From contig OZ245003.1 in NCBI GenBank assembly GCA_965223425.1, positions 1,600,001 through 1,664,000 on the forward strand: a stretch of DNA of 64,000 nucleotides. The letters run 5' to 3'. Shown here piece after piece: positions 19,960 to 29,702 of the stretch. Source of the DNA: Nitrosopumilus sp. Its GTDB lineage: Archaea; Thermoproteota; Nitrososphaeria; Nitrososphaerales; Nitrosopumilaceae. Both the position numbers and the translations under genes were made by a program. The first letter of the stretch is position 1. Each line of letters opens with the position of its first letter. Below the pieces are notes generated by a model. The model worked only from the letters and a program-made list of their open reading frames with translations, ran no database searches and was not told the DNA's origin.

Positions 19960-21347
19960 TGATTGCATCACTTATGCTGGCACTGCTGGCAGTGGCCGGC
20001 GCAAATGGCGCCGGAAATTATTTTGAGATAGACGACCAGGTACTGAAAAAATCAGGCTCTGACAATTACGTGAATGTTTCAGGGGAGATTTTATACCCCA
20101 ACGTCAACATGACCCTCACATATCCTGACGGCACCACCTCACATTCTGCATCAATCATACCAAAAAACACGTTTTCAAGTTTCATATATATCGACGATGA
20201 TACGTTTCAGTCCGGCCTGTACAGGATAGACGTGGTTCCGTACAACAGTACGGAGGCCGGAAAACAGATTACGGACTATTTTGTCCTGCTTGACTATGAC
20301 GGAACGGTAAACATCAGGATAGAGCCAAACGCGTCAGTTGAATGTGCGCCGACAACTGATGCCCACGGAAACCCGCTGCGCATCGAGGAGCACTGCATCA
20401 TTCCTGCCGTATCGCACATACCGCTTTCATTCGGAGTGAAATTCACCAATGCGGACTACAAGACCCACAATCTGCAGTTTGGGGGACATGAGACCGGCCC
20501 AATCATACCAGAGGGGGAACAGGCGATATTTTTTGAGAAAAAGTCGCTGAAGGTTTTTAATTATTACTGCAGTTATCACCCGTGGGTAAAGGGCGAGCTG
20601 CGCGTATCGGATGTGGATTCCCTGCGGTATGTTGCGCCGCCGCCGCTAATCATTCCGAATGCGACCGATCACGATCCTACAAACCCCGGCGTATCGGGAC
20701 TGGATGCGGCAGATTATGATCTTGACGGCTGTGAAAAGTGTCACGTGGGCGCCGTAACTGAGATAGAAGACGGGGATACCATATTTGTGAATGGCAAGCC
20801 GCTGCGTCTTGCCCTTGCCAATGCGCCGGAGAAACATGAAGATGGATTTAATGAGGCCAACACGTTTGTCGCAAAAACATGTCCTGTGGGGATGTCGGTG
20901 CTGGTGGACATTGACGACGAACGCCCGACTGACTCGTACGGCAAGGCCATAGCCAAAATAACGTGCGGAAAAACAAACCTCAATGCGGCATTGCTGGAAA
21001 AGGGACACGCCGTGCCGTATAGTGCATTCTGTTCTGCCAGCGAGTTTCTTGACGAGCAGTGGGGGGCAGACGCATGCGGCGTGGAATTACATGTGGAGCA
21101 GGCAGAGGAATTTGGACCGGAGCAGGAGGACGTGATTGTTATCATACCGCCGATTCAAGACTTCCAAAACAACACGTCTGAGATAATTGATTCCATCCAA
21201 GACGTGGAGATAGATTACGGGCTGGTGGCGCTTGGAATAATGATACCCATGGCCGTGGCGGTCCTGTGGCTGCTTTCCAAGAGGAATGGAAGACCGGACT
21301 ATCAGGCAGATGAAGAGCCCGGCGACAATTTCAAATATTTGGAATAG
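19959..21347 (+). CDS. Secreted membrane-anchored cupredoxin + thermonuclease (SNase) fusion protein
   Basis: Signal peptide; cupredoxin NAD..THN...YYCSYHPW; SNase EDGDT..LRLALANAPE..DSYGK..NLNAALLEKGHA; C-terminal transmembrane helix. Confidence 0.75.
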   Translation: MIASLMLALLAVAGANGAGNYFEIDDQVLKKSGSDNYVNVSGEILYPNVNMTLTYPDGTTSHSASIIPKNTFSSFIYIDDDTFQSGLYRIDVVPYNSTEAGKQITDYFVLLDYDGTVNIRIEPNASVECAPTTDAHGNPLRIEEHCIIPAVSHIPLSFGVKFTNADYKTHNLQFGGHETGPIIPEGEQAIFFEKKSLKVFNYYCSYHPWVKGELRVSDVDSLRYVAPPPLIIPNATDHDPTNPGVSGLDAADYDLDGCEKCHVGAVTEIEDGDTIFVNGKPLRLALANAPEKHEDGFNEANTFVAKTCPVGMSVLVDIDDERPTDSYGKAIAKITCGKTNLNAALLEKGHAVPYSAFCSASEFLDEQWGADACGVELHVEQAEEFGPEQEDVIVIIPPIQDFQNNTSEIIDSIQDVEIDYGLVALGIMIPMAVAVLWLLSKRNGRPDYQADEEPGDNFKYLE

Positions 21348-21428
21348 GAATGGATTCCATTTGGCAGCTGTGATTTGTTTTAATGCCGGACGATTTGTTT
21401 ATTAAGAAACTCATGGATTCAATACTCT

Positions 21429-21623
21429 GTGCCGCTAAAATCAAAGATCATTCTCGTATCCAGTATGATGATTCTACTTTTGACTGTAAAGCTATCTGAT
21501 GATGGCAGACATTCGACGATCTGCAGAGTACCAAAGCCAATCTTAGAATTATTAAATTATCCTACATCAATTAAATTTGAAATCAACGCCAAAATTTCCA
21601 GAGTTCGTTTATCACGGCAATAG
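21429..21623 (+). CDS. Small AbrB/SpoVT-like DNA-binding protein
   Basis: CRVPKPILELLNYPTSIKFEI fits a swapped-hairpin pattern. Confidence 0.45.
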   Translation: MPLKSKIILVSSMMILLLTVKLSDDGRHSTICRVPKPILELLNYPTSIKFEINAKISRVRLSRQ

Positions 21624-21713
21624 ACCACTACGATCGATAATGGAGGCTGGGAGCCTTGATGCTTTTCTTGATGCGTCAGAAGAGGGGGAAGATGTCCCAT
21701 GTAACACGGGGTA

Positions 21714-21962
21714 TTGTCACAGCTAATGCACTGCAAGAATCATTGTGAATTTTTCGAGTTTGTCAGCCGTACCAGATTTTACGATCCCGACACCCGTCAG
21801 TGCAGCGGATGCACGCCCTACAGGTTTTTCATATCCACTGCAACACACTGCCCATGCTGCGGCAATGGCCTAAAGTACAAGCCACATGCATGTCAAGTGC
21901 GGGCAAATAAAATGTATCGCGACAAGACAAAAAAGGAGAAGATGCAGCAAAGTGCACTGTAA
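21714..21962 (+). CDS. Small Cys-rich Zn-binding protein of a type common in Nitrososphaeria
   Basis: CKNHC...QCSGC...HCPCCGNGLKYKP. A partial duplicate follows at about 21954-22029. Confidence 0.6.
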   Translation: MSQLMHCKNHCEFFEFVSRTRFYDPDTRQCSGCTPYRFFISTATHCPCCGNGLKYKPHACQVRANKMYRDKTKKEKMQQSAL

Positions 21963-22231
21963 GAATCATTGTGAATTTTTTCAGTTTGTCGGCAGAGAAA
22001 GAAATGACGATCCTGACACGCGTCAGTGCGTTACCTGCACGGCTGCCGAGAATACTGTGAGATCAAGATCCGTATTCATGTCCCCAATTTGTTACAGAAC
22101 CGCCGGACGATTTGTTTATTAAGAAACTCATGGATTCAATACTCTGTGCCGCTAAAATCAAAGATAATTCTCGTATCCGATATGTCCAAATGCAAAACAT
22201 TTGACCGGAACCGGAAGAAAAAAGTGAGATC

Positions 22232-23365
22232 ATGAGACGGTCCGAAGATACAGTAAGTTACGAGATGGCGGACATACTCGACGAAATGAGGGCAAACTGG
22301 AAAGTCTTCAGCCAACCTCTGAATGTTTTCAAAGGCAGTAGAAAAAAACCCGATATTTTGATTCGTGAGGGAGGCCTGACAAACGTAATAATAGAAAATG
22401 AGATCGAACCTGCCAACCCCAATGATGACGCCATAAACAAACTGGAAGAAAAATACAAGGAAGGAGACGGCGTATCAGCAGTAATCGCAGTACAGATTCC
22501 CAAGCGTTTCAGGAATCTGGGGAATAAACTCAAAGACGAGCTAAAATCCGCAGTCGATCTAAAGTATGCAGTCTACAATCCCGTTCGATTCCCAAAAAGC
22601 GACTGGTTAACAGGCAGCCTGCACGATATTTCTACAGCGGCGCAGATAACATCCGTTCCAGAGGAAGTAGTCAAGGACTGCGTGGACAGCATGAGCGATT
22701 CCATAGACTCGATTGCAGATCTTATAGATAAAGCAGGTAGTAGTACCAAAAAGAATATTGCAAAGCTGTTGTTTCAAAAACCAAACAAACAGACATGGAA
22801 AATGGCAGGACTTATCCTATCCAACGCATTTGTCTTTCATAACAACATTGCCGGTGAATTCGGAATAAGAACACTCCGTGAGATCACCCGCCTAGGACTG
22901 ATAAATTTAACCGAACTGAGCACGGAATGGGAAAAGATACTGGACGTCAATTATTTTGCCATATTCGACATTGCCAAAACGATTTTGAATTATATCGACG
23001 AGACGACTGCAAATGAGATATCGACCAAACTTGATGTGACATCTAGGGAGATAACCGCTAGGGGCCTTGCACGTTCAACTGACATGTACGGTTCCCTCAT
23101 ACAGAGGATGATCACGGACAGAAAGACACTTGCCTCGTTTTACACGCTTCCGGAATCCGCGGCATTGCTGGCAGGACTGGTCATGCCACCTCCAAATTCA
23201 GGAATGTTCAACTCGCCAAAAAACATGAAAAATATACGGGTGGCAGATTTTGCGTGCGGAACGGGGACATTGCTGACTATGGCATACAAACAGATGATAA
23301 TGAATTATGAGTCGGGGGGGGGGACATGCGAAAAATCCACGACTCGATGCTCGGTCAATCAATAA
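22232..23365 (+). CDS. Type IIG-like RM enzyme copy 1, N-terminal part (nuclease + MTase motif I), frameshifted at a G10 tract
   Basis: KPDILI...IIENE nuclease-like motif, ASFYT and ADFACGTGTLL. The frame is lost at G10 (23314-23323). Confidence 0.8.
   Translation: MRRSEDTVSYEMADILDEMRANWKVFSQPLNVFKGSRKKPDILIREGGLTNVIIENEIEPANPNDDAINKLEEKYKEGDGVSAVIAVQIPKRFRNLGNKLKDELKSAVDLKYAVYNPVRFPKSDWLTGSLHDISTAAQITSVPEEVVKDCVDSMSDSIDSIADLIDKAGSSTKKNIAKLLFQKPNKQTWKMAGLILSNAFVFHNNIAGEFGIRTLREITRLGLINLTELSTEWEKILDVNYFAIFDIAKTILNYIDETTANEISTKLDVTSREITARGLARSTDMYGSLIQRMITDRKTLASFYTLPESAALLAGLVMPPPNSGMFNSPKNMKNIRVADFACGTGTLLTMAYKQMIMNYESGGGTCEKSTTRCSVNQ
23314..23323 (+). repeat. Poly-G tract (G10) at the frameshift
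   Basis: GAGTC-G10-ACATG. G11 would fuse 22232..25245 into one ORF. Confidence 0.9.
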
Positions 23366-25245
23366 TAGGGTTTGACGTGCTGCCAAGTGCAGTGCATTTG
23401 ACCGTATCCTCACTTGCGGGAATCTTTCCAAAAAAGACCATCAAGACCACAAACATCGGAACGGCGATATTAGGAAAGAAAAATGATATGTATCATCTCG
23501 GCTCATTGGATTTTATACTAGACGACAGTACGTTGGGAAACAAGGGCGTATTCATCGTAGGAAATAAAACAGAAACATACACAGATCACGGCATAAGAAA
23601 CAATTCCATTGATTACATAATTATGAACCCGCCGTTCACAAGCAACACAAAGGGAGGAATGGCAGGCCACGCGATGTTTGCGTCATTCGATACGAGTGAG
23701 AAAGACCAGAAACAAATGTCAACCATTGAAAAAACACGATTTCAAGACACATGCGCCGATGGAAATGCGGGCCAAGCCACCCATTTTGTAGCCGTAGCTG
23801 ACAAAAAATTAAAGCCCGGTGGAACCATGGGGCTGGTGCTACCATTGACATCGGCACGGGGCGCTTCTTGGGAAAAATTCAGAGAGTTGTTGCGCACAAA
23901 ATACAAAGACATCATCGTGGTCAGTATAGCTGGTTCGACAACGGCGGATGGATCATTTTCATTTGATACCAACATGAACGAAATACTGGTTATTGCCAAA
24001 AAAGAATCAGCAGAAAAAATAAAGATGATGGGTGCCAAACAGGCAAAAATTGACGAATTGGAAGATACGATCAAAAAATACAAAACAATATTAAAAAAAT
24101 CATCCAAAAAGAACCATGACAAAGGCAGCAATACGCCCGAAATAAAGGAAAAACAGCAAGAAATCAAGGCAATTAAAAACCAGATATCCGACATGCATTC
24201 ATCCAAACGTGGCAAATTCACAACTCTCAAACATAGACCGCGGTCAATTTTAAACGCAATGGAGATAGTAAAACAAATTCGAAACAATGAAAGATTAATC
24301 AAATTAGACGGTGCGACAAAGGGCACTACACAGATTATTGTAGGCAGTGACAGTGTAGGAAGTATGATGGACTGTCCGATAAGTTTTGACTGGTGGTTTG
24401 TAGGGGTCAATGACGCATATTTGTTGCAGATTGGGTATAATTTGATTAATGGAATATTCTCATATTTGGACGGAGCCGAATACAAAGTTCCCATGACTGT
24501 TTTAGGAAACAATTTTGGGCCGTTATCTAGAGATACGGCAGATAATTCACCAGACGGAACAAGAGCCCCATTTACCACATCTAGTTTGAACGGCACCGCA
24601 ATTTATTTCGGACTCGATAAAAATAACTCCAAAACTCAAAAATCTATAAAAGTGAAACCGGATTCCATGGCCATACCAAAAGCCAATGCGACTCCTGCCA
24701 ATGTGGAGAAGATAGCAAATACTGCAACACATCTACATATCAACAAACAGGGAAGATATACCAGTCAGCGTATGCTTGTATTGTATACAGATCGCAGGAC
24801 AATCGGAACCGGAGAACTTCCAAGCTATAACATAGATGAAAAATACGAAAAGGCGTTTGCCATATGGGGAAACTCCACATTAGGAATATTTTGTTTTTGG
24901 CTTGGCAGTTCAAAACAGCAATTTGGACGCGTAAAAACATCTCACACCGGCTGGGAAAAAATGAACGTGTTGGATTTCTCTAAATTAGCCGATGATCAAC
25001 TAGAACAATTCAACGAATTATTTGAGGATTATGCAGACAAGGATCTAAAACCCATGAAAAACATGAATGTTGATAAAATACGAAAAGAAATCGACCAAAA
25101 AATCCTCAAAATCCTCAAAATCGACCAGTCAATAGACGACCTAAGAGATAGACTGTGCCGGGAACCATCGATTAATGGAGGTCGGCAAACTGCACATCAC
25201 CACATCCAATCTTCAACGACAGGCAAGACATTAACAAAAAAGTAA
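23326..25245 (+). CDS. Type IIG-like RM enzyme copy 1, C-terminal part (N6-MTase catalytic domain + target recognition domain)
   Basis: IIGFDV, IMNPPF, LKPGGTMGLVLP, coiled-coil insertion and a TRD region containing WGNSTLG. Confidence 0.8.
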   Translation: MRKIHDSMLGQSIIGFDVLPSAVHLTVSSLAGIFPKKTIKTTNIGTAILGKKNDMYHLGSLDFILDDSTLGNKGVFIVGNKTETYTDHGIRNNSIDYIIMNPPFTSNTKGGMAGHAMFASFDTSEKDQKQMSTIEKTRFQDTCADGNAGQATHFVAVADKKLKPGGTMGLVLPLTSARGASWEKFRELLRTKYKDIIVVSIAGSTTADGSFSFDTNMNEILVIAKKESAEKIKMMGAKQAKIDELEDTIKKYKTILKKSSKKNHDKGSNTPEIKEKQQEIKAIKNQISDMHSSKRGKFTTLKHRPRSILNAMEIVKQIRNNERLIKLDGATKGTTQIIVGSDSVGSMMDCPISFDWWFVGVNDAYLLQIGYNLINGIFSYLDGAEYKVPMTVLGNNFGPLSRDTADNSPDGTRAPFTTSSLNGTAIYFGLDKNNSKTQKSIKVKPDSMAIPKANATPANVEKIANTATHLHINKQGRYTSQRMLVLYTDRRTIGTGELPSYNIDEKYEKAFAIWGNSTLGIFCFWLGSSKQQFGRVKTSHTGWEKMNVLDFSKLADDQLEQFNELFEDYADKDLKPMKNMNVDKIRKEIDQKILKILKIDQSIDDLRDRLCREPSINGGRQTAHHHIQSSTTGKTLTKK

Positions 25246-25429
25246 GTGGCATCCTTGAATCAAATCATACGATTTTTTTGAATTGTGAGAAAATTGCATG
25301 CCTATATCACGACAACTTCACAGAACCCGGCAAAACAGGGTTTAAATAGAATACGTCTGTAGTAATATTGAGATGTTCGGCACTTTCACCGCAAGACAAA
25401 TCATTGAAAGATTCTACTAGTTTTTATCA

Positions 25430-25487
25430 ATTAGTTACGTTATACGACTGGAATTACCAGTAATTCCAGTGATATAACGTAACTAAT
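25430..25487. repeat. 58-bp near-perfect palindrome
   Basis: ATTAGTTACGTTATACGACTGGAATTAC-CA-GTAATTCCAGTGATATAACGTAACTAAT; the arms pair at 26 of 28 positions. Confidence 0.92.
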
Positions 25488-25525
25488 CAACACGCAAAAA
25501 AACCGCTTTAAATAGAAATTTTTTT

Positions 25526-26215
25526 ATGACATTTCGACTGTATTTGAATAGATGTGTGGTTTGTAATGATAATAATTATGTCAAGGTGGATACTGAAACC
25601 GTATGTGGCACATGCGGCGTAGTTGCTGATCAAGAAATCCTAGACAATTCATGCGCTGCAAGCAAGTCACAAGTTCTAGTCCACGAGGAGGAAAGACTTG
25701 GCTCACGAAAGATAATTGTAGACGGCATCGGCCTGGAGCACATCAATTCCAAACGCGTCGAGCAGATGATCACGAAAAATGACAGGTATCTCGACGACTT
25801 TTCAAAAATTTGCGGGGACATGCGTCTGCCACACCATATTAATAGGACGGCATTTAGCATGTTCAAGAAACTGCGCCATTCCGGATGTGGATACGGAAAG
25901 ATGGCAGTGTTTGCGATACATCAGACATGTGTGGAGTCGGGGATTATCTATGACGAAAAAAGACTTCTTGACATAACGAGGGCAAGATTCGGGCTGAAAC
26001 GACCGCTATCAATAAACAGATCACTCTATCGTGTCAAGCCAGTCGCAATTGAAATGGGATTGGTAAAAAAAGACGAGTCCAAAACAAAATATCTTTTTAG
26101 AAAGTTCGTCAGTCCGAAAAATTCCAACAATGCAGCCAAAACTATTGAGGTGTTTTTGGGATCCGAGGCAAAAAAGATAAGGGACGCAGAGGAGATGCTC
26201 AATGCCTACAAATAG
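25526..26215 (+). CDS. Divergent, shortened TFB-like protein
   Basis: Zn ribbon CVVC...ETVCGTCGVV and one cyclin-like repeat (ICGDMRLPHHINRTAFSMF...AVFAIHQTC). Confidence 0.6.
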   Translation: MTFRLYLNRCVVCNDNNYVKVDTETVCGTCGVVADQEILDNSCAASKSQVLVHEEERLGSRKIIVDGIGLEHINSKRVEQMITKNDRYLDDFSKICGDMRLPHHINRTAFSMFKKLRHSGCGYGKMAVFAIHQTCVESGIIYDEKRLLDITRARFGLKRPLSINRSLYRVKPVAIEMGLVKKDESKTKYLFRKFVSPKNSNNAAKTIEVFLGSEAKKIRDAEEMLNAYK

Positions 26216-27176
26216 AATGACGGACATTCCAATCGGCAAGATTGTACTGCCGGATGTCATACAGTCACCGTCCGTGTATAGCATTAAACAGATAATGAAA
26301 TCACTTGAACCGAACCCGCTAACAGATGAGATATTTGTCACGGTAACCGAGGTAAAGAAGGGCTATATGCTTGTAGACAAGTATGATGTGTATTATGCGG
26401 CAAAGAGACTGAAGCTAAAACAGATCAAGGCATGTGTGATTAATGATCCAAAAGATCCACTTGCTACATATGTAAAACTGACAAAAAAAGACTATCAGAA
26501 TCCTGTAAAGGTCATAAGACTGATGAGGAGATACGTGGATCAATTCGGGATGGAAAAGACGTTGCAGACGTTGCATCTTGAAAATGCATTTGCAAAAATG
26601 TACAAACTTGAATTCAGTGAAAATGTATTGGATACACTGGATTCAATGTTTGATGCCGCATATGAGGAAGGTGCGAGAACCACTGGACCGTTTGCGATGT
26701 TGAGGTTTATTTCCGAACTCGAAGAGAAGGCCCAGCTTGATCTCATAGAGCGCATCAACAAACTTAAAGATCCACTGAAATCAAACTTCCGATGGCCACA
26801 CAACGAATACCTGAAAAAAATGATTCCAGAGTCGGACAAAAAATCAGAGAAAGATAAGAATACAAAAAACGAAGTCGGCAGCGCCGGCAGTGCCAGCACC
26901 GGCATCAACAAGTTCCAGTGCGATCACTGCAATTCACAGTATCTGGTGGAGGACAACCGCGTCACGCCGTACACGGAAAAGTCAGGAGTGATAGTGATGG
27001 AAGGCAACAAGGGCAAGCCGGTGTTCGGACTGGGGAAAAAACACTCCAAATATCTTAACATGCAGCCCGGAGAGAACCCCGAGGTGATCACTTCAGATTC
27101 AGGCGACATCAAATCAATAATGAAAAAGATGCAGGGCAGAAAGTTCGTCATTATTTTGGGTTCAAAAACAGCTTAA
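26202..27176 (+). CDS. ParB/Srx-like domain protein with a C-terminal Zn ribbon
   Basis: IPIGKI...IMKSL...IFV...YMLVD..DVYYAAKRLKLKQIKACV resembles a ParB N domain lacking the GHRR motif; CDHC near the C-terminus. Confidence 0.5.
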   Translation: MPTNRMTDIPIGKIVLPDVIQSPSVYSIKQIMKSLEPNPLTDEIFVTVTEVKKGYMLVDKYDVYYAAKRLKLKQIKACVINDPKDPLATYVKLTKKDYQNPVKVIRLMRRYVDQFGMEKTLQTLHLENAFAKMYKLEFSENVLDTLDSMFDAAYEEGARTTGPFAMLRFISELEEKAQLDLIERINKLKDPLKSNFRWPHNEYLKKMIPESDKKSEKDKNTKNEVGSAGSASTGINKFQCDHCNSQYLVEDNRVTPYTEKSGVIVMEGNKGKPVFGLGKKHSKYLNMQPGENPEVITSDSGDIKSIMKKMQGRKFVIILGSKTA

Positions 27177-27197
27177 TACAACTGGTATGGTGTAAAT

Positions 27198-27686
27198 ATG
27201 ATAAAGCAAATACAGTCAGTAAACGCCCGATGGCCGCACATCCCACCGGGTGCTTTATCCATTTCTACCAACCTATCGGCGATGTCCTATATGAATGAAA
27301 TTCTTCTGGTGTCCGCAGGATTATTGCTGATGGGCGGGATTGCAATATTCGTCTTTGGGTCTGAGATGCAGTCAACTGCGATGATGCTCACTGACATCAA
27401 CAGGATAAACCGCGAGATAATGGAGGAGAAGATAGACTTTACATCAGTGGATGAGAATGGGCCGGAAGTGATATTTACTCTCACCAACTTTGGCAGCAAG
27501 GATACCGAAATAATTGCAATACTGTCCGAAGAGGGCACAAAGTGCGAGTGTACCACCAATAATTCTGATTCAAAAGATAAGATGATTCTAATCAACAAGC
27601 AGACAGAGTTTACATGCAAGAAGGAGACAGGCAAAAAATATTACGCCGTAACTGATACAAAGCAGGTCCTGGTGCTGGAACTTTGA
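27198..27686 (+). CDS. Pilin/archaellin-like protein
   Basis: Hydrophobic helix (EILLVSAGLLLMGGIAIFVF) followed by EKIDF...FTLTNFGSKDTEI, as in archaeal pilin-like folds. Alternative start at 27282. Confidence 0.45.
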   Translation: MIKQIQSVNARWPHIPPGALSISTNLSAMSYMNEILLVSAGLLLMGGIAIFVFGSEMQSTAMMLTDINRINREIMEEKIDFTSVDENGPEVIFTLTNFGSKDTEIIAILSEEGTKCECTTNNSDSKDKMILINKQTEFTCKKETGKKYYAVTDTKQVLVLEL

Positions 27687-27715
27687 GACAGGATTCGCAT
27701 TCAGACGGCCCAATA

Positions 27716-29245
27716 ATGCGGCGTAAAAGTATGTTTTTAATTCTTATAATCCTGTCTGCGGGAATTCTTGCCTGTCTGGTGACATCGCAAGAAAGCATGG
27801 CAGATACGTGGCAGTTTGGCCAGCTGAGGCACGGTGAGACGTTTGAATACTATATCTGTGACAATGTGACACTTGATCGTAGAACTGGGCTGTCGTCAAA
27901 ATGCTATGAGATGGAGATGTGGGTGGTTGATCGGGTTCCGACTGATACCGGTCCGGTGTGGATATTACACGTGACAATATTGGGTGGTGAGGAGAAGCAT
28001 GATCTGATACTACTAAATGAAAGATTTCAGCCACAGTCGATTTACCACCAGTATGTGGAGGACTCGCTTGCATCTACCATATTCTGGGGCCCAAAATATT
28101 TCACGGAATTTGAGACGGTTATCGGAAACAGCATAGCCACCGTACCGTCAAAGTATAATGACGTGGATATCATCGTGTCTGATTTTGTTGACTTTCAGGG
28201 AGACAGGGAATATTTGTTGCAGTGGAGCAACGACTATGAGAATCAGATGTGGATACGCAACACATCGCCACTGCCGTCAAAGGCGACAGTCTACTCTGAG
28301 ATCCATTCCGGGTTCAAGTCCCACATTGCATACGAGTACGAGCTAAAATCACATTCCTCAAATTTCGACACAACGCTTGGAGCAGACGAGGGTTTTCCTG
28401 ACGGCTTTTTTCCAGGTAATGTGGGCGGTGACATTTCGATATTAGATGATCCATTTGATGAGATGTCAGAAAATGACATCACAAACGATATTGATGTTTT
28501 CATTCCAGAGGAAATCACTCCATCTGACATTCAGGAGAATGGCACAGGAGCCTCAATTCCTGACTTTGTGCCAGAGGAAATCACTCCATCTGATCAGGCA
28601 AACGATACGGACATTACAATTCCTGACTTTGTGCCAGAGGAAATCACTCCATCTGACATTCAGGAGAATGGCACAGGAGCCTCAATTCCTGACTTTGTGC
28701 CAGAGGAAATCACTCCATCTGATCAGGCAAACGATACGGACATTACAATTCCTGACTTTGTGCCAGAGGAAATCACTCCATCTGATCAGGCAAACGATAC
28801 GGACATTACAATTCCTGACTTTGTGCCAGAGGAAATCACTCCATCTGATCAGGCAAACGATACGGACATTACAATTCCTGACTTTGTGCCAGAAGAGATC
28901 ACTCCATCTGACATTCAGGAGAATGGCACAGGTAATGATATTACAAACGATACGTCAAATGACTTGTTAATTGTTAATGATGATGTGCCAGGTGATATAG
29001 TTACAGCTGATAACGCGACTATAGGTATTTCGCAAGATGAAATTGATGAGATAATTACGAATCTCATTGACGGAATTTCAGAAGATCAAGATGAGATTCC
29101 AGCTGATATCCCAGCCGATACGCCAGATGAGATTCCGGAACCGCAGGCCACAACGGAGGATGTGCAATCAGACAACAGTGATATGCAACAAGATGATTTC
29201 CTTGCAGGCATTGTGTCGTTTTTTAAGTCGCTGTTTGGCCTTTAA
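27716..29245 (+). CDS. Secreted surface protein with an acidic tandem-repeat stalk
   Basis: Signal peptide, seven PEEITPSD repeats and a C-terminal amphipathic FLAGIVSFFKSLFGL. Confidence 0.75.
   Translation: MRRKSMFLILIILSAGILACLVTSQESMADTWQFGQLRHGETFEYYICDNVTLDRRTGLSSKCYEMEMWVVDRVPTDTGPVWILHVTILGGEEKHDLILLNERFQPQSIYHQYVEDSLASTIFWGPKYFTEFETVIGNSIATVPSKYNDVDIIVSDFVDFQGDREYLLQWSNDYENQMWIRNTSPLPSKATVYSEIHSGFKSHIAYEYELKSHSSNFDTTLGADEGFPDGFFPGNVGGDISILDDPFDEMSENDITNDIDVFIPEEITPSDIQENGTGASIPDFVPEEITPSDQANDTDITIPDFVPEEITPSDIQENGTGASIPDFVPEEITPSDQANDTDITIPDFVPEEITPSDQANDTDITIPDFVPEEITPSDQANDTDITIPDFVPEEITPSDIQENGTGNDITNDTSNDLLIVNDDVPGDIVTADNATIGISQDEIDEIITNLIDGISEDQDEIPADIPADTPDEIPEPQATTEDVQSDNSDMQQDDFLAGIVSFFKSLFGL
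28490..28933 (+). repeat. Intragenic tandem repeats, 66-bp (A) and 63-bp (B) units in the order A-B-A-B-B-B-A
   Basis: A = IPDFVPEEITPSDIQENGTGAS and B = IPDFVPEEITPSDQANDTDIT; nearly identical at DNA level. Confidence 0.92.
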
Positions 29246-29702
29246 CTCAATTTCAAGCGCGGATGCGTCGATCCAAATTTCCGTAACGCAAGTTACGGCC
29301 CCATTGAAGCAAACTAAAAACATTACCATGTTACAGTTCTGTACGTTTCAAACAATGACATCATGGAGGGTGTTGCAACACCTGGCGAATTTGCGCGAGT
29401 GATAAGCAAGGAAATCCTCACACCGAGACGGACATGAATAAATCTTTGAAAACTCAAAGTTTTCGGAATAGATCCAAGCGCGGACACGTCGGGAGCCGGA
29501 CCCGAATCTCCCAGTTCTTACGTAGGTGCATGGCCGTCATGCTACGTGCCCACAAAGATTTATTAAATAATCCATGCCAACAATCCCAGTTCTTACGTAG
29601 GTTAGGCCAGCGTGCTAATCTCTTTTTCTGTTTTGGAATGAAGGTTTGTGTTATCGTAAATGCAGGTTTCATAAAGTTGATGACCCGCGCTTGTATGAAT
29701 AG

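Larger units (their letters stand above)
21385..22178 (+). repeat. 77-bp direct repeat (21385-21461 and 22102-22178) containing a TATA-like box
   Basis: GCCGGACGATTTGTTTATTAAGAAACTCATGG...TTCTCGTATCC occurs twice with one mismatch. Confidence 0.9.

Noticed and set aside
29509-29602. Two copies of TCCCAGTTCTTACGTAGGT as a mini-CRISPR
   Set aside because: Only two 19-bp copies 56 bp apart, too short and too few, with no leader or cas context.
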